Positions 1-64,000 of a stretch of 64,000 nucleotides of DNA are shown piece by piece (the first letter of the stretch is position 1; each line of letters opens with the position of its first letter). A model generated the notes under the pieces. It searched no databases. It had not been told where the DNA came from and saw only the letters and a list, made by a program, of their open reading frames with translations. A program made the translations under genes and the position numbers. The DNA is from Paraspadella gotoi. Lineage: Eukaryota > Animalia > Chaetognatha. Where the stretch lies: positions 9,416,432-9,480,431 of the forward strand of contig CM119263.1 of the NCBI GenBank assembly GCA_051294375.1, given 5' to 3'.

Positions 1-283
1 AGATTCTATAGAGTCATATAATTAGTATTATAAGATTATATAGCTTAGCCCGATTATAAACAACCAAATATAAATACACAAAGGCTTGCGTGGTTCTATT
101 GTTCCCCCGCCGGGAGTCGATAGCTAAGTAGTCAACCGACTGAGATACATGATAAGCTTATCAGATACTGAGCAGAAAAGATTAGGTCTTAATAAGACTT
201 AATAGGAATCTTTTTAAAGGCGTCTGGACGAAGTTTCTTGAAATCCCGGAACAAAAAAAAATCGAATTTAAAAAAAAAATAAT

Positions 284-2103
284 ATGTCGAAAGGTATGAA
301 CAATTATTTTCGTGTAAAAATTCTTTGTTTTCTTTTTTTTAGCTTCAACTCGATTTTTATCTAAAATTCTCGCATTTCTCAGTTTCTCTCCCATCTTCCT
401 CTAACTTCTCCCATCCAGTCTCTTCCTCCCCTTCTTCCTCCCCCTCCTCTCCCACTTTTCCCCCCTCCCCCTCTTCCCCTTCCTCCCTCACCTTTCTCCT
501 CTACCAAAATCGATTCGTCTCCGGCGACGTCGTCTTCCTCCCGCCTAGAACTCCAGCGTCGCCTCTCGAAGGAAGCGGCTCGCCCGACGTCTCAGCCACG
601 CCCACCGATGGGGGCGAAGACGCGGTGGAGATGGCGCACTCGTGCGTGTTGGCGGCCCACAGCAAAAGGATGGAGACGCTGTTGAGTAAGAAGAGAGAAG
701 ACGCGAGGCGGGAGTCGACTCAATCGTCCAAAGAGGTTTCTTACTTTCTTTTTTTCACGAAGAAAAAAAAGAGATGACAAAAATCCGTTGGTTCCATCCC
801 ATTTGAAAAACAGACGCGACTTTTCGCCGACCCTCAAGAAGCATTAGCGTCGGCCGATCCTTGCATCTATAACGGCTTCGCGGAAGCGAAGGCGCCGCAC
901 GCCAGTGGCAACGCCCAATCGTCGAGCGAAGGAGCGACAACTACCGGTCGAATCCGCCTGCGCATCCCCGCGGGCGTCTCCGTCGCCGTCTTCGCCGAAT
1001 TCCTCGATTATCTCTACAACTTCCGATTGACGTTGACGCCGGCCAACCGCGCGGCGCTGCTGACCTGCGGAGCCGCCTTCGGGGTCCAGCGTCTCGTCGA
1101 AGACTGCGAAAAGATTCTCTTCGAGACGCTGACTCATCGCAACGCAGCCGTGTTTCTTCACTACGCGTTGGAGCATGACATGGAGGAGTTGAGGTGAGCT
1201 AAGGAGATGAGGTTGGAAGTTAAGAAGTTGAGGCTTGAAATACGTTTGTTTACCTGATTGATTGATTGAATGCTAAATTAGTAAATTTAATTTATGGTTT
1301 GAACGAATATTTTATCAATTGAGTTACTAATTGATTAATTGATTAATTGATTAATTTCATGCTTTGCTGGAATTTTGATGGAATTACTTTTTTTTCGCAG
1401 AGACTCTTGCCTCCGACTCTTCAGCGCCAATCATTGTTTCTTCGAAGACGAATTCCGTCTTTTCGCTTTTTTGACGCCGAAACAAATGATCACGATTCTC
1501 TCTTCCTCCTCCTCTTCCTCCTCTTCCTCCTCGCTTCCCGTCAGCGAGGAAGAGATCTTCGAATTTGTCCTCAAGTGGCGTCGATCTCGAATCGAAGGCG
1601 CCCACGATGCCGTCGACGAGGATTTCCGAGAAATCCTCAAATGCGTTAGACTTCCAACGATGAAGGTATGTAATTTAATATATATTGCAGTGGTTTAAAC
1701 CCACCAAACCGTTTATATCGATCATTGGAGACAAGTCATATTCTACCCAAGTCCAACGCAAAGGTCCCGGGTTCTTGCCAGGTGCCGGCTAACCCGCCCT
1801 TGTGCTACAGCCTGATCCGAAGCTCAGAGACGACAAACATATTTAATCTTAACTACAAAAACAAGTCCAACTGACAACTGACAAGATCCTCCTCGGTTCT
1901 CTAACAGATGTCCTTCCTGGCCGAGCGCGTTCTTCCCACTGGCATTCTCAGCGCCCAAGAGATGTTGGACGTCTTCGCCGACGCCGCCACCCTCGCCGAG
2001 GCCGCCAAGACGGTCCACGTCGCGGGGAGTCGAGGGTGAAGCGGGGAATATTGGGTGGGGGTTGGTGGTTAAGGAGATGGGAGAAAAGTGATACGAGATG
2101 GTT

Positions 2104-2192
<89 letters not shown>

Positions 2193-3409
2193 TTGTACTT
2201 TGTATTTTCTTTGGTTTCTTATCTCACTCATCCTCTCCCTTTTCTTTCCTCATCTTTCCCTCCCCGCCAGTCGGAGCGGTTTCGACTGCGTCCCCCGAAA
2301 ACTCACTCGATTCTTTCGCGTGAAAACGGTGAAAGGCGAGCGGTTCACCGTGGCGTTCGAAGCGGACGGGGGCGCCGGAGGTGGCGGCTCGAGCGGCGCC
2401 TCGTCCGTCGTAAAAGTCGCCGATTCGAAGGACAAAAATCCAAACGCGGAAACGGTGGAATCGTTGAAGAAAAAGGTGGCGCTGATGACGGGAATTCCGG
2501 CGCGCGACGTTATACTCTGCAAGTACGGAGGTTCGCGGGTCGACGGCGCCAACCGACAAGACTTTCGGTGGACGCCCCTCGCTCCGAACGGGGCGTCGCT
2601 CAATGAATTCGGCGTCAAGGCCAACGACAAAATTTTGTTGGTGGCGATGCTAAAAATAGGTTAAGGAAGCTGGGGGAAGATGCGGAAGTGGGGGGAAAAC
2701 ATTGATACTTCATTTTCGTTTTATTAACTTAGTAATATTCGAAATTGTCGAAATGGACGTTGTCAGAATCGTCCAAAAATTATGTAAATTTATTTTTCTG
2801 CGACCGAATAAAAATGTCTTCTCCGAATTGCAGGATTCGAATTAAAGTACGTGGACGATACATTGGCTCCTGAAAATAACAATAACAACTGCGAACCAAA
2901 TCAAAGGTGAGGCAAAGAAATAAGAAAAGATCAGAAAGAAATTAAAAAGCGTAAAGAAAAAAAATATACAAAGGACGAAAATTCTCTAACTGATAGAACT
3001 TGAATAATAAAAACGAATTTAAATCTTTTTAAATAATTCTAAGAATATTATCAAATGTAATTAATTAATGATTACACAATACACATGGGAGTACAGGTAC
3101 AATATTTTTTATTACCAATATTTCGATCCGTTGGACAGATCGTCTTCAACTTCAAGGTCAGGTGTCACTCCTCACTACTCTGGGTCAGCTGTACTCCCAT
3201 GTGTAATCTTTAATTAATTCCTACATGGGATGACTCTCAAAGAATATTATCAAATGTATTATGAAATGAAAATTAGATTGCTAATTGGGCAAGAAAATAC
3301 GTGTGATTGAAATTCTTTTTTAGGTTCACCATTAAATTGATGGAAACTTGTAGCGTCGCCGAAACGAAGGAATCGATATTAAAAGTTCTCAACGCACCTT
3401 ACCAGCCAA

Positions 3410-3475
<66 letters not shown>

Positions 3476-4712
3476 CACAATATTTCTGTCTTTTCGAGGG
3501 TAAAACCGCAAGAATTAGAGTTGGAATTCGGCGGCCAAATTTTGGGCTTCGACCGGAAGTTGTTCGAATGCGGAGTCGCCGACGGAGACGTCGTCTTTGT
3601 TCGCCGTAAAAAACCTCACCTGGGTAAGTCGGTGAAGCTGATATCGGTAAAATGATTCGTGGTAAATATAATACTTTTGGTTTTCCCCTTTTTGCTCTAA
3701 AGTTGTGAAAAAGAACAATATCGCTCTCTTGGATGGCGAGGGAGTGAAAGTGGAGAGCAGTTCTCACTGGAACAACTGGGTCGCCAAATACGCTTTTACT
3801 AATCCGCCGCACGGTTCCATACCGGGTGAGTAACCCGAACGTTGTTTAATGTTTAGGTACAAGTGATTCTTTTCACGGCGGAGATTAAAACCTTCGTCCA
3901 TTTAAGGAGCCTGGCACAGCGAATTGAGAAACCGAAAGGATTTTCGCGCACAGTGGGTTTCGATCGAATTTCCGCACCCGAAAACCGTTGGTCGTTTTTC
4001 CTTCAAAGGTCGAATTTAATTTGTAATTAAATAATTTGTCACAAAGGATAGTTACAAAACTAAAAATACTGTTTCAATTCAATTTTAATTCAATATTATG
4101 GTAAATTCTAAAAGATCCGTTCAACTCTTAACCTCGCTCCACAGGAAGACCCATTGTTTTCGAAGATGACATCGATTTGAGTTTGTGGCACGCGGCCGAC
4201 GGACCAGTTTCTTACGCGTTGCAGGGTAAATCGGAGTCGACTCTTTATCAGTCGAGACGGATACAGGATACGGGATACAAGAACAACGAACAATTCTACC
4301 ACGTTCAGCTTGAAATAATTTAAATTTACGCTTTCATTGAGGTTGCAATCCGAACTTCGGAGTCCCGTTGCACCACAACAGCTGGACCACGCTCTTTCTC
4401 ACTGTCGACAGTAATATGTTCAGTCACTCCGACGACGACAGATGTCACGACATTGTGAAGCCAGAACCATTTCTCGCTTACAGGTTTTGAACAACACATA
4501 TTATTTACAGACAAAACGAAAGGGGACCCTGACGACGTCCCTATTTGTTCGCCATGCCCCATTTTTGCCTCCATCCGCCAAGGTTGTTGGTGACCCGTGT
4601 CCCCGGGCGTCAAGTATCGCGTCTTCCGTCACCGAGCGACGTCGTCGCCGTCGTCGTCCGCGACTTTCGTCTCTTCGAAGCCGAAGTTTATTCCAGAGAA
4701 ACGTTGGACTGA
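284..4712 (+). CDS. BTB-BACK protein with two ubiquitin-like domains and a C-terminal F5/8 type C (discoidin/galactose-binding-like) domain, about 14 exons
   Basis: Hand-spliced, in-frame exons ~284-293, 419-735, 814-1193, 1401-1666, 1908-2035, 2271-2659, 2834-2906, 3324-3410, 3498-3622, 3702-3825, 3907-4008, 4146-4225, 4342-4482, 4583-4712. BTB: GDVVFL..AHSCVLAAHS..FAEFLDYLY. BACK: VSEEEIFEFVLKW..ILKCVRLPTM. UBL1: FRVKTVKGE..TVESLKKKV..GIP..SLNEFGV. UBL2: SVAETKESI..LEFGGQIL..LFECGVADGDVVFV. Discoidin-like: VESSSHW..AWHS..QWVSIEFP..YALQG..YRLLVT. Confidence 0.8.
1690..1827 (+). repeat. Copy 1 of a ~140 bp dispersed structured element with a twister-ribozyme-like core
   Basis: Shares GTGG..CCACCAA(A)CCGTT, CAAGTCAT, AACCCGCC and TACAGCCTGATCCGAAGCTCAG with 49951-50089. 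Confidence 0.55.
2108..2190. repeat. (AG)n microsatellite
   Basis: Pure GA run in an intron; similar tracts at ~3413, 11404-11538, 19818, 20491, 23480, 23940, 28463, 32622, 33206 and 35315. Confidence 0.95.
3041..3258 (-). mobile_element. Short insertion with flanking 19-bp direct repeats, internal inverted repeat and Penelope-type hammerhead-like motif
   Basis: AAGAATATTATCAAATGTA at 3041 and 3240; TACACATGGGAGTACAG (3080) inverted at 3189; minus strand TTGAAGA-C-GATC..GATC-GAAATATTG at ~3113-3150. Confidence 0.5.
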
Positions 4713-5485
4713 AGCATTACGAAAATTTCCGTCATCAGATCATCGAAAAATGTACTTACGATTTTTAATTACTTAGTCTTATGTATTTAACCAGATGATC
4801 TTGTTGTGAGCCACTTGATCAAATTTTAACAATATTTAATTCGATTAATTTCTTTTCAAGTCAAACTGAAAGTTTTTTTTTACTGTTCTCAGTTTCTGTA
4901 AACAAAGTGAATTTCTTACACGTGGCTGCACCACATGGGCTTCCAGGTATCCGATTAGGAAACCTTTTCCTTTGATGACATTATGAGAATTGAGATAGAC
5001 GAAGCCGTTTATATGTATTGAACGCATGCATAAATTTTCACTACAAACCTTTAAATTTAATGCTTGTTCTTTTAATCACCGAGTAAAAAAGAAAACAATT
5101 AAGACAGGAAGACAAAAACGAAAAACATGAATTAGCTTTTATTGTGATAAAAATCACGGAAGCTGTAAAGCAATGAAAGAAGACCACAACGGAGGCTAGA
5201 AAACAAAAGAAGTCACGCCGATTAGGAGAAAAGAAAACGGAAAACAAAAGAAACCAGTGGAAAAGCGAGAGAGAGAGAGAGACAGTCCGAGAGAGAAGGA
5301 TAAAAGAAAAGTGAGCGAGCTATTGGAATCAGAATTCATCCGAAACTCCAGGAAAGGAAAAAAAAAACTTTTTTCATATTTTCGGCAGACAAATAAAAGT
5401 TAAGCAAAAAACGAAATAAATACAGGAGAAAAAAACGAACCATTCAAAAATACTAAACTAATAAAAAATCCAAAAATCACAAAAG

Positions 5486-6244
5486 ATGGCCTCGCTAATC
5501 ATCTCCCTTATCTCTTTCGCTCTGTTTTGCTTCGTCCCTTCCACGAACGGTTGCAACAAAGGCTCCAAAGATAACTCTTACTACAAACCGCGCCATCCGA
5601 AGCCGGACTCGATTTGGGATCCTTACTACAAATACGGTTACACGGGCTACCACGTTGGCTATGAACACGGCCTATTCGACGGCATCGCCAAGGACCCCTG
5701 GGAACACTACTTGAGAAACGTCGACTTTCAAGGCCTCTCGCGCTACGAAATGGAATGGGCCTTCTACTTCCGGAAGTGGGCCGCAAAACCCTTGGGAATC
5801 CCTTCCCCGTTGGCGTCGGCGTTGGATAAATTCGCGGGAGACTCGTCGCGTAAAAGCGACGTTAAATGCGTCTATCTTCTGGCAACGACGCCGCCGCTGA
5901 ACTGGACCAACGCACGAGAGGCCTGCGCGAATCGCGGAGCACGCTTGGCGGTGCTGCCAACGGCAGAAGCGTCGGCGCTCGTCGAAAAAAAGTTCGTCGC
6001 CCCATCACCAAACAACACGGCGCCATTTTGGATCGGCGCCAGCGACAACGCCGACGAGAACAAGTGGGGCTGGATCGACGGGTCGCTGGTGAAGTTCGCC
6101 GACTGGAGGACGCGGCAGCCGGACGGAGGCGAGAAGGAAAACTGCGCCGCAATGATGGTCGGAGCAGGAGGCGTCGGGCGGTGGATCGATGCGGACTGCC
6201 AAGATGAAAAACCATATCTTTGTCAAATGTGCACAAAAAAATGA
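5486..6244 (+). CDS. Secreted C-type lectin domain protein, single coding exon
   Basis: Signal peptide; CTLD motifs LNWTNAREAC..GARLA, FWIGASD..WGWIDGS, W..QPDGGEKENCA..WIDADC..PYLC; QPD galactose-type motif. Confidence 0.9.
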   Translation: MASLIISLISFALFCFVPSTNGCNKGSKDNSYYKPRHPKPDSIWDPYYKYGYTGYHVGYEHGLFDGIAKDPWEHYLRNVDFQGLSRYEMEWAFYFRKWAAKPLGIPSPLASALDKFAGDSSRKSDVKCVYLLATTPPLNWTNAREACANRGARLAVLPTAEASALVEKKFVAPSPNNTAPFWIGASDNADENKWGWIDGSLVKFADWRTRQPDGGEKENCAAMMVGAGGVGRWIDADCQDEKPYLCQMCTKK

Positions 6245-6875
6245 TCTCCAGTCAACAAAACTAAAATTGTCTGAAAATTTATATGCTATTCCAGTATTTT
6301 TTTTTAAAAATTTAAAAAATGTGCAATTTAACTATAAATCCTCGGCAGCAAACAGATCTCTCGCTGGTTGTCGCTTTCGTTTTGTCTCAGAATAAAAAAA
6401 AATTATTTAACTGCTTCTTTTGTCTTTCCTCAACAAAAATAGGAAAAATGACAAAAATCTTGACTTTACTTGAACCTTTTGTCATTAAAGCCAAGTTGTA
6501 TGCTCCTAGTATCACAAAATAACACCAAAAGAGTTAGAACCAAAACTAGTTTTTCAGCTTCAAATCTCTGCTTTGCGGTCGAACTGTCAGATTCCAGATC
6601 ATTTCGTAAACCGCTTCTTTTTCTTCAGTAAATAATACGTATGTACTCGGCTTTTTTTTCATAAGTAAGGGAAAAAGACAATAAGACAAAAAGACAACCA
6701 GTCTATTTAGTTTCCCGTCCATAATCTGATATTGTAAATCGTTTTTGGAACGGACCAAATAATATATTTTCGATATCAAAGTATTGGTTTATCTGAATTA
6801 TCTTCAAAGAAAAAAAAACAAAAGGTATATCTGATAGAACACCGTAAAAATATATTATAAAATATTTTTTTCACA

Positions 6876-8201
6876 ATGACTGTGAGTACAACTTTTCGAT
6901 TGATTTTAAAATGGCGTCTATTGTTCTTCGCCATTATCTTATTGGCCATAATTTACCTAAGGCGTAACTTCTTGCATCAGAACGTTATCCCCAACTCGAC
7001 AAAAATGCATCTGAAGTTTTCGCTCAACTCGACTGATTTCCAGCTAGCGCGAAAAGGCATAAAAATGGAAAATATCCACCCGATTGTAGACAGAAAACGA
7101 CTAGAGAAGCGGTTCAAAAATCCCTGCTGGTTTGAAAAGGATGAAAGAACGGATCTTTATGCAAGCAATCCCTATCACATTTTCGCCGATGCCACAAAGA
7201 TGTTCGCGCAACTACAGCAGACTTGGGTGAGTCGACTCCATTCCGAATCTCGCAATCCTCGCCGCTTCCGCTGCATGCCCTACTTTTTTCTCATCGGCAT
7301 GCCCAAGTGCGGCACGACCGACTTGTACGGAAAACTCTCGTCTCACCCGGAAATCGAACCCGGCGCACTGAAAGAACCCAATTGGTTCGCGATGAGACGA
7401 TTCGGCATTCTGCATCACTACGTCGTGCCACCGGCTCTGCCGGCGACTCTGTCGCATTACTTTGACCTTTTCGACTCCGCTGCGTCTAAGATTCTGACGG
7501 CTCCGTCCAAGATCGTCGGCGAAGCTTCTCCCACCCTGATGTTCGACAACGAAGGTTGGCTCAACTTTCTCGAATGGCGCCTCGCCGACGGGCCGCCCCC
7601 GTTGCCGCCGATGATCGCCTCGCATCTGGCGCTGCTGAATCCCGACGCGAGATTGATCGCCATCTTGCGGAATCCCGCGACGAGACTCTTTTCCGAATAC
7701 AAGTATTTCCCGTTCGACGAGCAGAAATCGCCGGATCATTTTCACGATTACGTGGTCGCTGCGATGGAGCGTTTCGAATCTTGCTTAAAATCCTCGCCGC
7801 TCGAAGCGTGCGTCTACGCGCCGGAGCTTATGACCGCCGAAAGGGGCGCGCAGTATACCCCGGGTCGGCTACGGATCGGCATTTATCACGTGTTCATTCG
7901 AGAATGGCTGCTTCGCTTTCCGCGTAAACGGATTCTGATTCTGAGATTGGAGGACTATGCCGTCGACAGGGACGCAGTGTTGGAAGAGGCGCGCCGATTT
8001 CTCGGTCTAGAGGCCTCGTTCGGCGACGTGGTTGAGGAGTTGAAGACGATCGAAAATCGAGCCTTTCTCGACATCGGACCGATGAAGGAAGAAACAGCCG
8101 AATTATTGAGGAGATTTTACGCTCCTCATAACCAAAAGTTGGCCAAACTCTTGAGAAATAAAAAGTTTTTATGGCAGGGAAATGACGTTTTAAGAAACTG
8201 A
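6876..8201 (+). CDS. CHST15: Carbohydrate sulfotransferase 15-like (GalNAc4S-6ST family), type II Golgi protein, single coding exon
   Basis: N-terminal TM; KNPCW, RCMPYFFLIGMPKCGTTDLY (5'-PSB), KEPNWF, YFDLFD, ILRNPATRLFSEY (3'-PB), RLRIGIYHVFIREWL, FYAPHNQKLA. Confidence 0.85.
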   Translation: MTVSTTFRLILKWRLLFFAIILLAIIYLRRNFLHQNVIPNSTKMHLKFSLNSTDFQLARKGIKMENIHPIVDRKRLEKRFKNPCWFEKDERTDLYASNPYHIFADATKMFAQLQQTWVSRLHSESRNPRRFRCMPYFFLIGMPKCGTTDLYGKLSSHPEIEPGALKEPNWFAMRRFGILHHYVVPPALPATLSHYFDLFDSAASKILTAPSKIVGEASPTLMFDNEGWLNFLEWRLADGPPPLPPMIASHLALLNPDARLIAILRNPATRLFSEYKYFPFDEQKSPDHFHDYVVAAMERFESCLKSSPLEACVYAPELMTAERGAQYTPGRLRIGIYHVFIREWLLRFPRKRILILRLEDYAVDRDAVLEEARRFLGLEASFGDVVEELKTIENRAFLDIGPMKEETAELLRRFYAPHNQKLAKLLRNKKFLWQGNDVLRN

Positions 8202-8769
8202 GATTTTTGGTCAACTAGTGCTATTTTTGTTGTTAAAATACCATTAGTATTTAAATTGTTTTTTTGTAACAGCTCTCCTGACCTGACACCGCTTCCCTTA
8301 ATATGAAAACATACTCTTAAGGCTTAAAATTATATTATATTAATATGAAATAAATTGTTTAGGCTAAATAATGAAATTGGTTCAATTTTAGCATTGAACA
8401 CCCTTTTTTTATATTGTGTGAGTAAATTTTAAATTTACAAAGTCTCTAAAATCAGCTGCGAAAAAAGATGCGACCGTTCTGCTTCTCCGTCTCCGCTGGG
8501 AAAGCTGAGTCGACGAGCAACTTGATGAATGAGATGCGAAAATCGGTGAAGCTTCGTCGAGGTTTTCGGCCAATGAGAGACGTCTTAACTGAGGACGAGA
8601 CCAATCAGGTTGGTGCTTTCGATCCCTTCGTAAGATTTACATTCTATGGATGATGCACCGACCATTTCTAACTCTCTCGCCGTGAAATCAGTCAAAAAAA
8701 ACCCATCGATAAAAAAGAAGTAGATGTAGTCAATACAACGTTTGGCGGTTCCTTTGAAAAACTGTCGCC

Positions 8770-9861
8770 ATGGCAACGTTGATGACGTTGTGCTTTTTTA
8801 TCGTCTCAGTCTGGGCGTCGTCCATGGCGGACGATACGCCCACGACAACGACGACGCCTCGTCCTTCGTCTCAATACAATAAAACGGACCAAGATAAGAT
8901 TTTGGAGCGGTTGACGCATTGGAGATCATTGGTAGGTTTAGTTGGAGTTTAAAATTTGAAAATTATGAATACTATGAATAGCATATATTAACATTGAATA
9001 TAATTCTATACATTTTTTTTTCTTTGATTTTATTTATTTTTTGATTATTATTATTTTCTCTTCCGGATTTATTTTATTCCCGTATCATTTATTTACTGTA
9101 TTTTATCTTATTTATTTTTAATTGTTTTTTTAGGTCCGCCCAGTGGCGGCCGACATGCGTCGTCTGGTATGGAACGACGAACTGGCTTCTTTGGCTCAAG
9201 CTCAAGCTGACAGGTATGATAATTTTGAAAAAAAATATATATTTACCTTACTTACCCCCTGGCCCCTGTCCTCTTACTATTTTTCTACCTTTCCCTTGTC
9301 ACTTAACCTCCCTCCTTCCCCGCCAACCTCCTCAGATGTACCTACGAGCCGGGCCTGCCCGACTGGGCCGACGAACTAGACCTCCTGGCCGCCCACCCCG
9401 GCCGCCGCATCGGCTCCACCCAGTTCACCGGCTGGAACGCCACCTGGGCGACCAACTACTGGAACGCGGAGGGTCGGTGGTTTGACTACTGCGAGAACCG
9501 CTGCACTTACGATCAGCGGCTGCTGCGGCAGCAGGGCTACTACCGCAGCAGCGTCGTCTACTACTTTCGCGGCTGCGTCAACTTCACGCAAATGATCTGG
9601 GGCGACTCGCGTAACGTGGGCTGCGGCCATCGCGTCTGTGGCTTCGAAAACTTTCACATCAACCCTGGGAGGGACTACGTCATCTGCCTCTTCTTCCCGG
9701 GCGCCATTGTCGAGTTTGCCGAGTCGGAGCGCATGAAGACGCTGCCCTACAGGACGGTGCAGCCGCTGGACGTCGCCTGCGGGGGGCGGCGGCGGGAGGC
9801 GCGATCCGCCGCCGGGGTCGCTGCCGCGTTGGCGACGTGGATTGCGGGGCGGTTTCGTTGA
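8770..9861 (+). CDS. CAP/SCP-domain secreted protein (PI16/GLIPR-like), 3 exons
   Basis: Exons ~8770-8932, 9134-9213, 9337-9861; signal peptide, WRSLVRPVAADMRRLVWNDELA, NFTQMIWGDSRNVGCG, VICLFFPG; hydrophobic C-terminus. Confidence 0.85.
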
Positions 9862-10321
9862 GAAATAATTATATTAAATATATATATTAAAATTGATCAT
9901 AGCTTTGTAAAAATCAATTTGAGGTTGGGAAAAAAGTTTCAATTTATTTTTTAAAAGGGTAATAGAAGGAATGACATCTTTTGACCGAAAGTGAGACGAT
10001 AAAATTGTATTAATTGTGCCTAACAAAATTTCTATTTCCAATGTTTGAAAATAACACCAAAACGAAATACTGCACTCACTAAATATCAAGAGACTATGTT
10101 GAACTCAAATTTTTGAACAACTAAATCAATTGACTATAGAAAATTGAATATTTTTAATCGCAAAATTAAAACGGATGAGTTACGAAATAAGACAGTAAAA
10201 ATTTGGTTTAACTGTTGCGGGAATTAGTGTTAGGTTTTTAGCCGAAATAGTGCAGTGCGCCGTTAACAAGAACAACGACAACTATGTCGTCATTGGCATT
10301 GCCTGTACAAATTTTTTTCTG

Positions 10322-63193
<52,872 letters not shown>

Positions 63194-63539
63194 CTAAGGG
63201 GAGGACGGATTCGGGGGGGGGGATTTGGGGGGGATTCGGGGGATGAGGAGAGTGAAAATGGCAAGGCGGTTTAATAAACAGCGATAATACAAAAACACTA
63301 TGAAATAGTTGTTTTTGTTGACGATGAATATTAAAATGATGTCCGTGACTAAGATTTTTTTTTTACTGAATGCCTTTAATCCAGTTTGCAAAACTGTGGT
63401 AAATAATAATTTAAAAATAGAATACTCCAGAAATGAAAATAGCCTCATTAAATTTTTTTTTTTTTAGGGGGAAAATCTGAAACAAAAGAAGATTAGCTGT
63501 CATTTCGTTTCTTCTTGTAATTCAATTTGCTTTTTAGAT

Positions 63540-63895
63540 TAAACAAGAACGGTTGCCTTCTCACGTGTATTTCTCGTGACATGACGTGACATATCATGAC
63601 ATGACATGACTACTTGACTACAATAACTTTCTTAGACCATGTATTTATGACACGCACTTCATCGGAATTAGTTTCAGGATTTCCTAAAGGTGGCGCGAGT
63701 AGTCACTTTAATTTGAGGCTTTTCCCTTCTTAACAAATGAGCATTGAGCAACCAACTATACGCAAGTTATGACTATTTTTAACGTAAGTGGGACAGACTG
63801 ACAGACAGACATTCCGGCGGACCCACCGACCGACAGACCGACCAAAAAGTGACCTATAGAGTTGCTCCGCGAGTACTTGCGGCGCAACTAAAAAG
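63540..63895 (-). mobile_element. Second-family HINE-like element (5' end clear, 3' end uncertain)
   Basis: Minus strand TTTTTAGTTGCGCCGCaagtactcGCGGAGCAACTCTATAGGTCACTTTTT then (GTCY/GTCG)n; same layout as the element at 18119. Confidence 0.55.
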
Positions 63896-64000
63896 TTGCA
63901 AAAGGGAAAGAGAGGGAGAACAGAAGCGACGTTGAGCTCTCTAGACCGCGATCCTCATGAAGCTGAAAGTAAAAATGAAACGAGGACCGAAACAGGAACC

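Noticed and set aside
100-121. tRNA-like 3' fragment on minus (TCGACTCCCGGCGGGGGAA)
   Set aside because: No D arm, anticodon arm or 5' acceptor strand visible; at most a SINE relic.
2036-2606. RERERE / SLSLSL ORFs here and across the window
   Set aside because: Translations of intronic (AG)n or (GAAA)n microsatellites.
2098-2664. Stand-alone ubiquitin-like gene ending LKIG
   Set aside because: Splices in frame to upstream BTB-BACK exons and, via a GTTAAG donor, to downstream exons.

Overview
Eukaryotic (invertebrate metazoan) genomic DNA: GC/CpG-rich short exons, AT-rich spliceosomal introns and many (AG)n tracts, so most entries in the supplied ORF track are spurious or exon fragments. All gene models were assembled by hand from GT-AG sites and translated motifs, so exon edges are approximate to a few bases. 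The window is dominated by the 3' part of an axonemal outer-arm dynein heavy chain gene (DNAH5/8 class, minus strand, about 32 exons, 63193 to 10322). Its introns carry up to nine other genes. Antisense: CACHD1-like, an orphan secreted tandem-repeat protein, a DOK-like PH-PTB adaptor, TPST and a Cys-tailed orphan. Same strand: catalase, TMEM38/TRIC, a small TM protein and a tetrapeptide-repeat ORF. Beyond the dynein 3' end lie a BTB-BACK-UBL-UBL-discoidin gene of unusual architecture, a C-type lectin, a CHST15-like sulfotransferase and a CAP protein. Introns also hold DINE/HINE-type non-autonomous Helentrons, MITE-like inverted repeats, Penelope-type hammerhead motifs and a twice-repeated twister-like RNA motif. 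The region 24.4-31.7 kb has two fold-back duplications sharing one spacer, an N gap and an indel-rich duplicate, and is probably partly misassembled.
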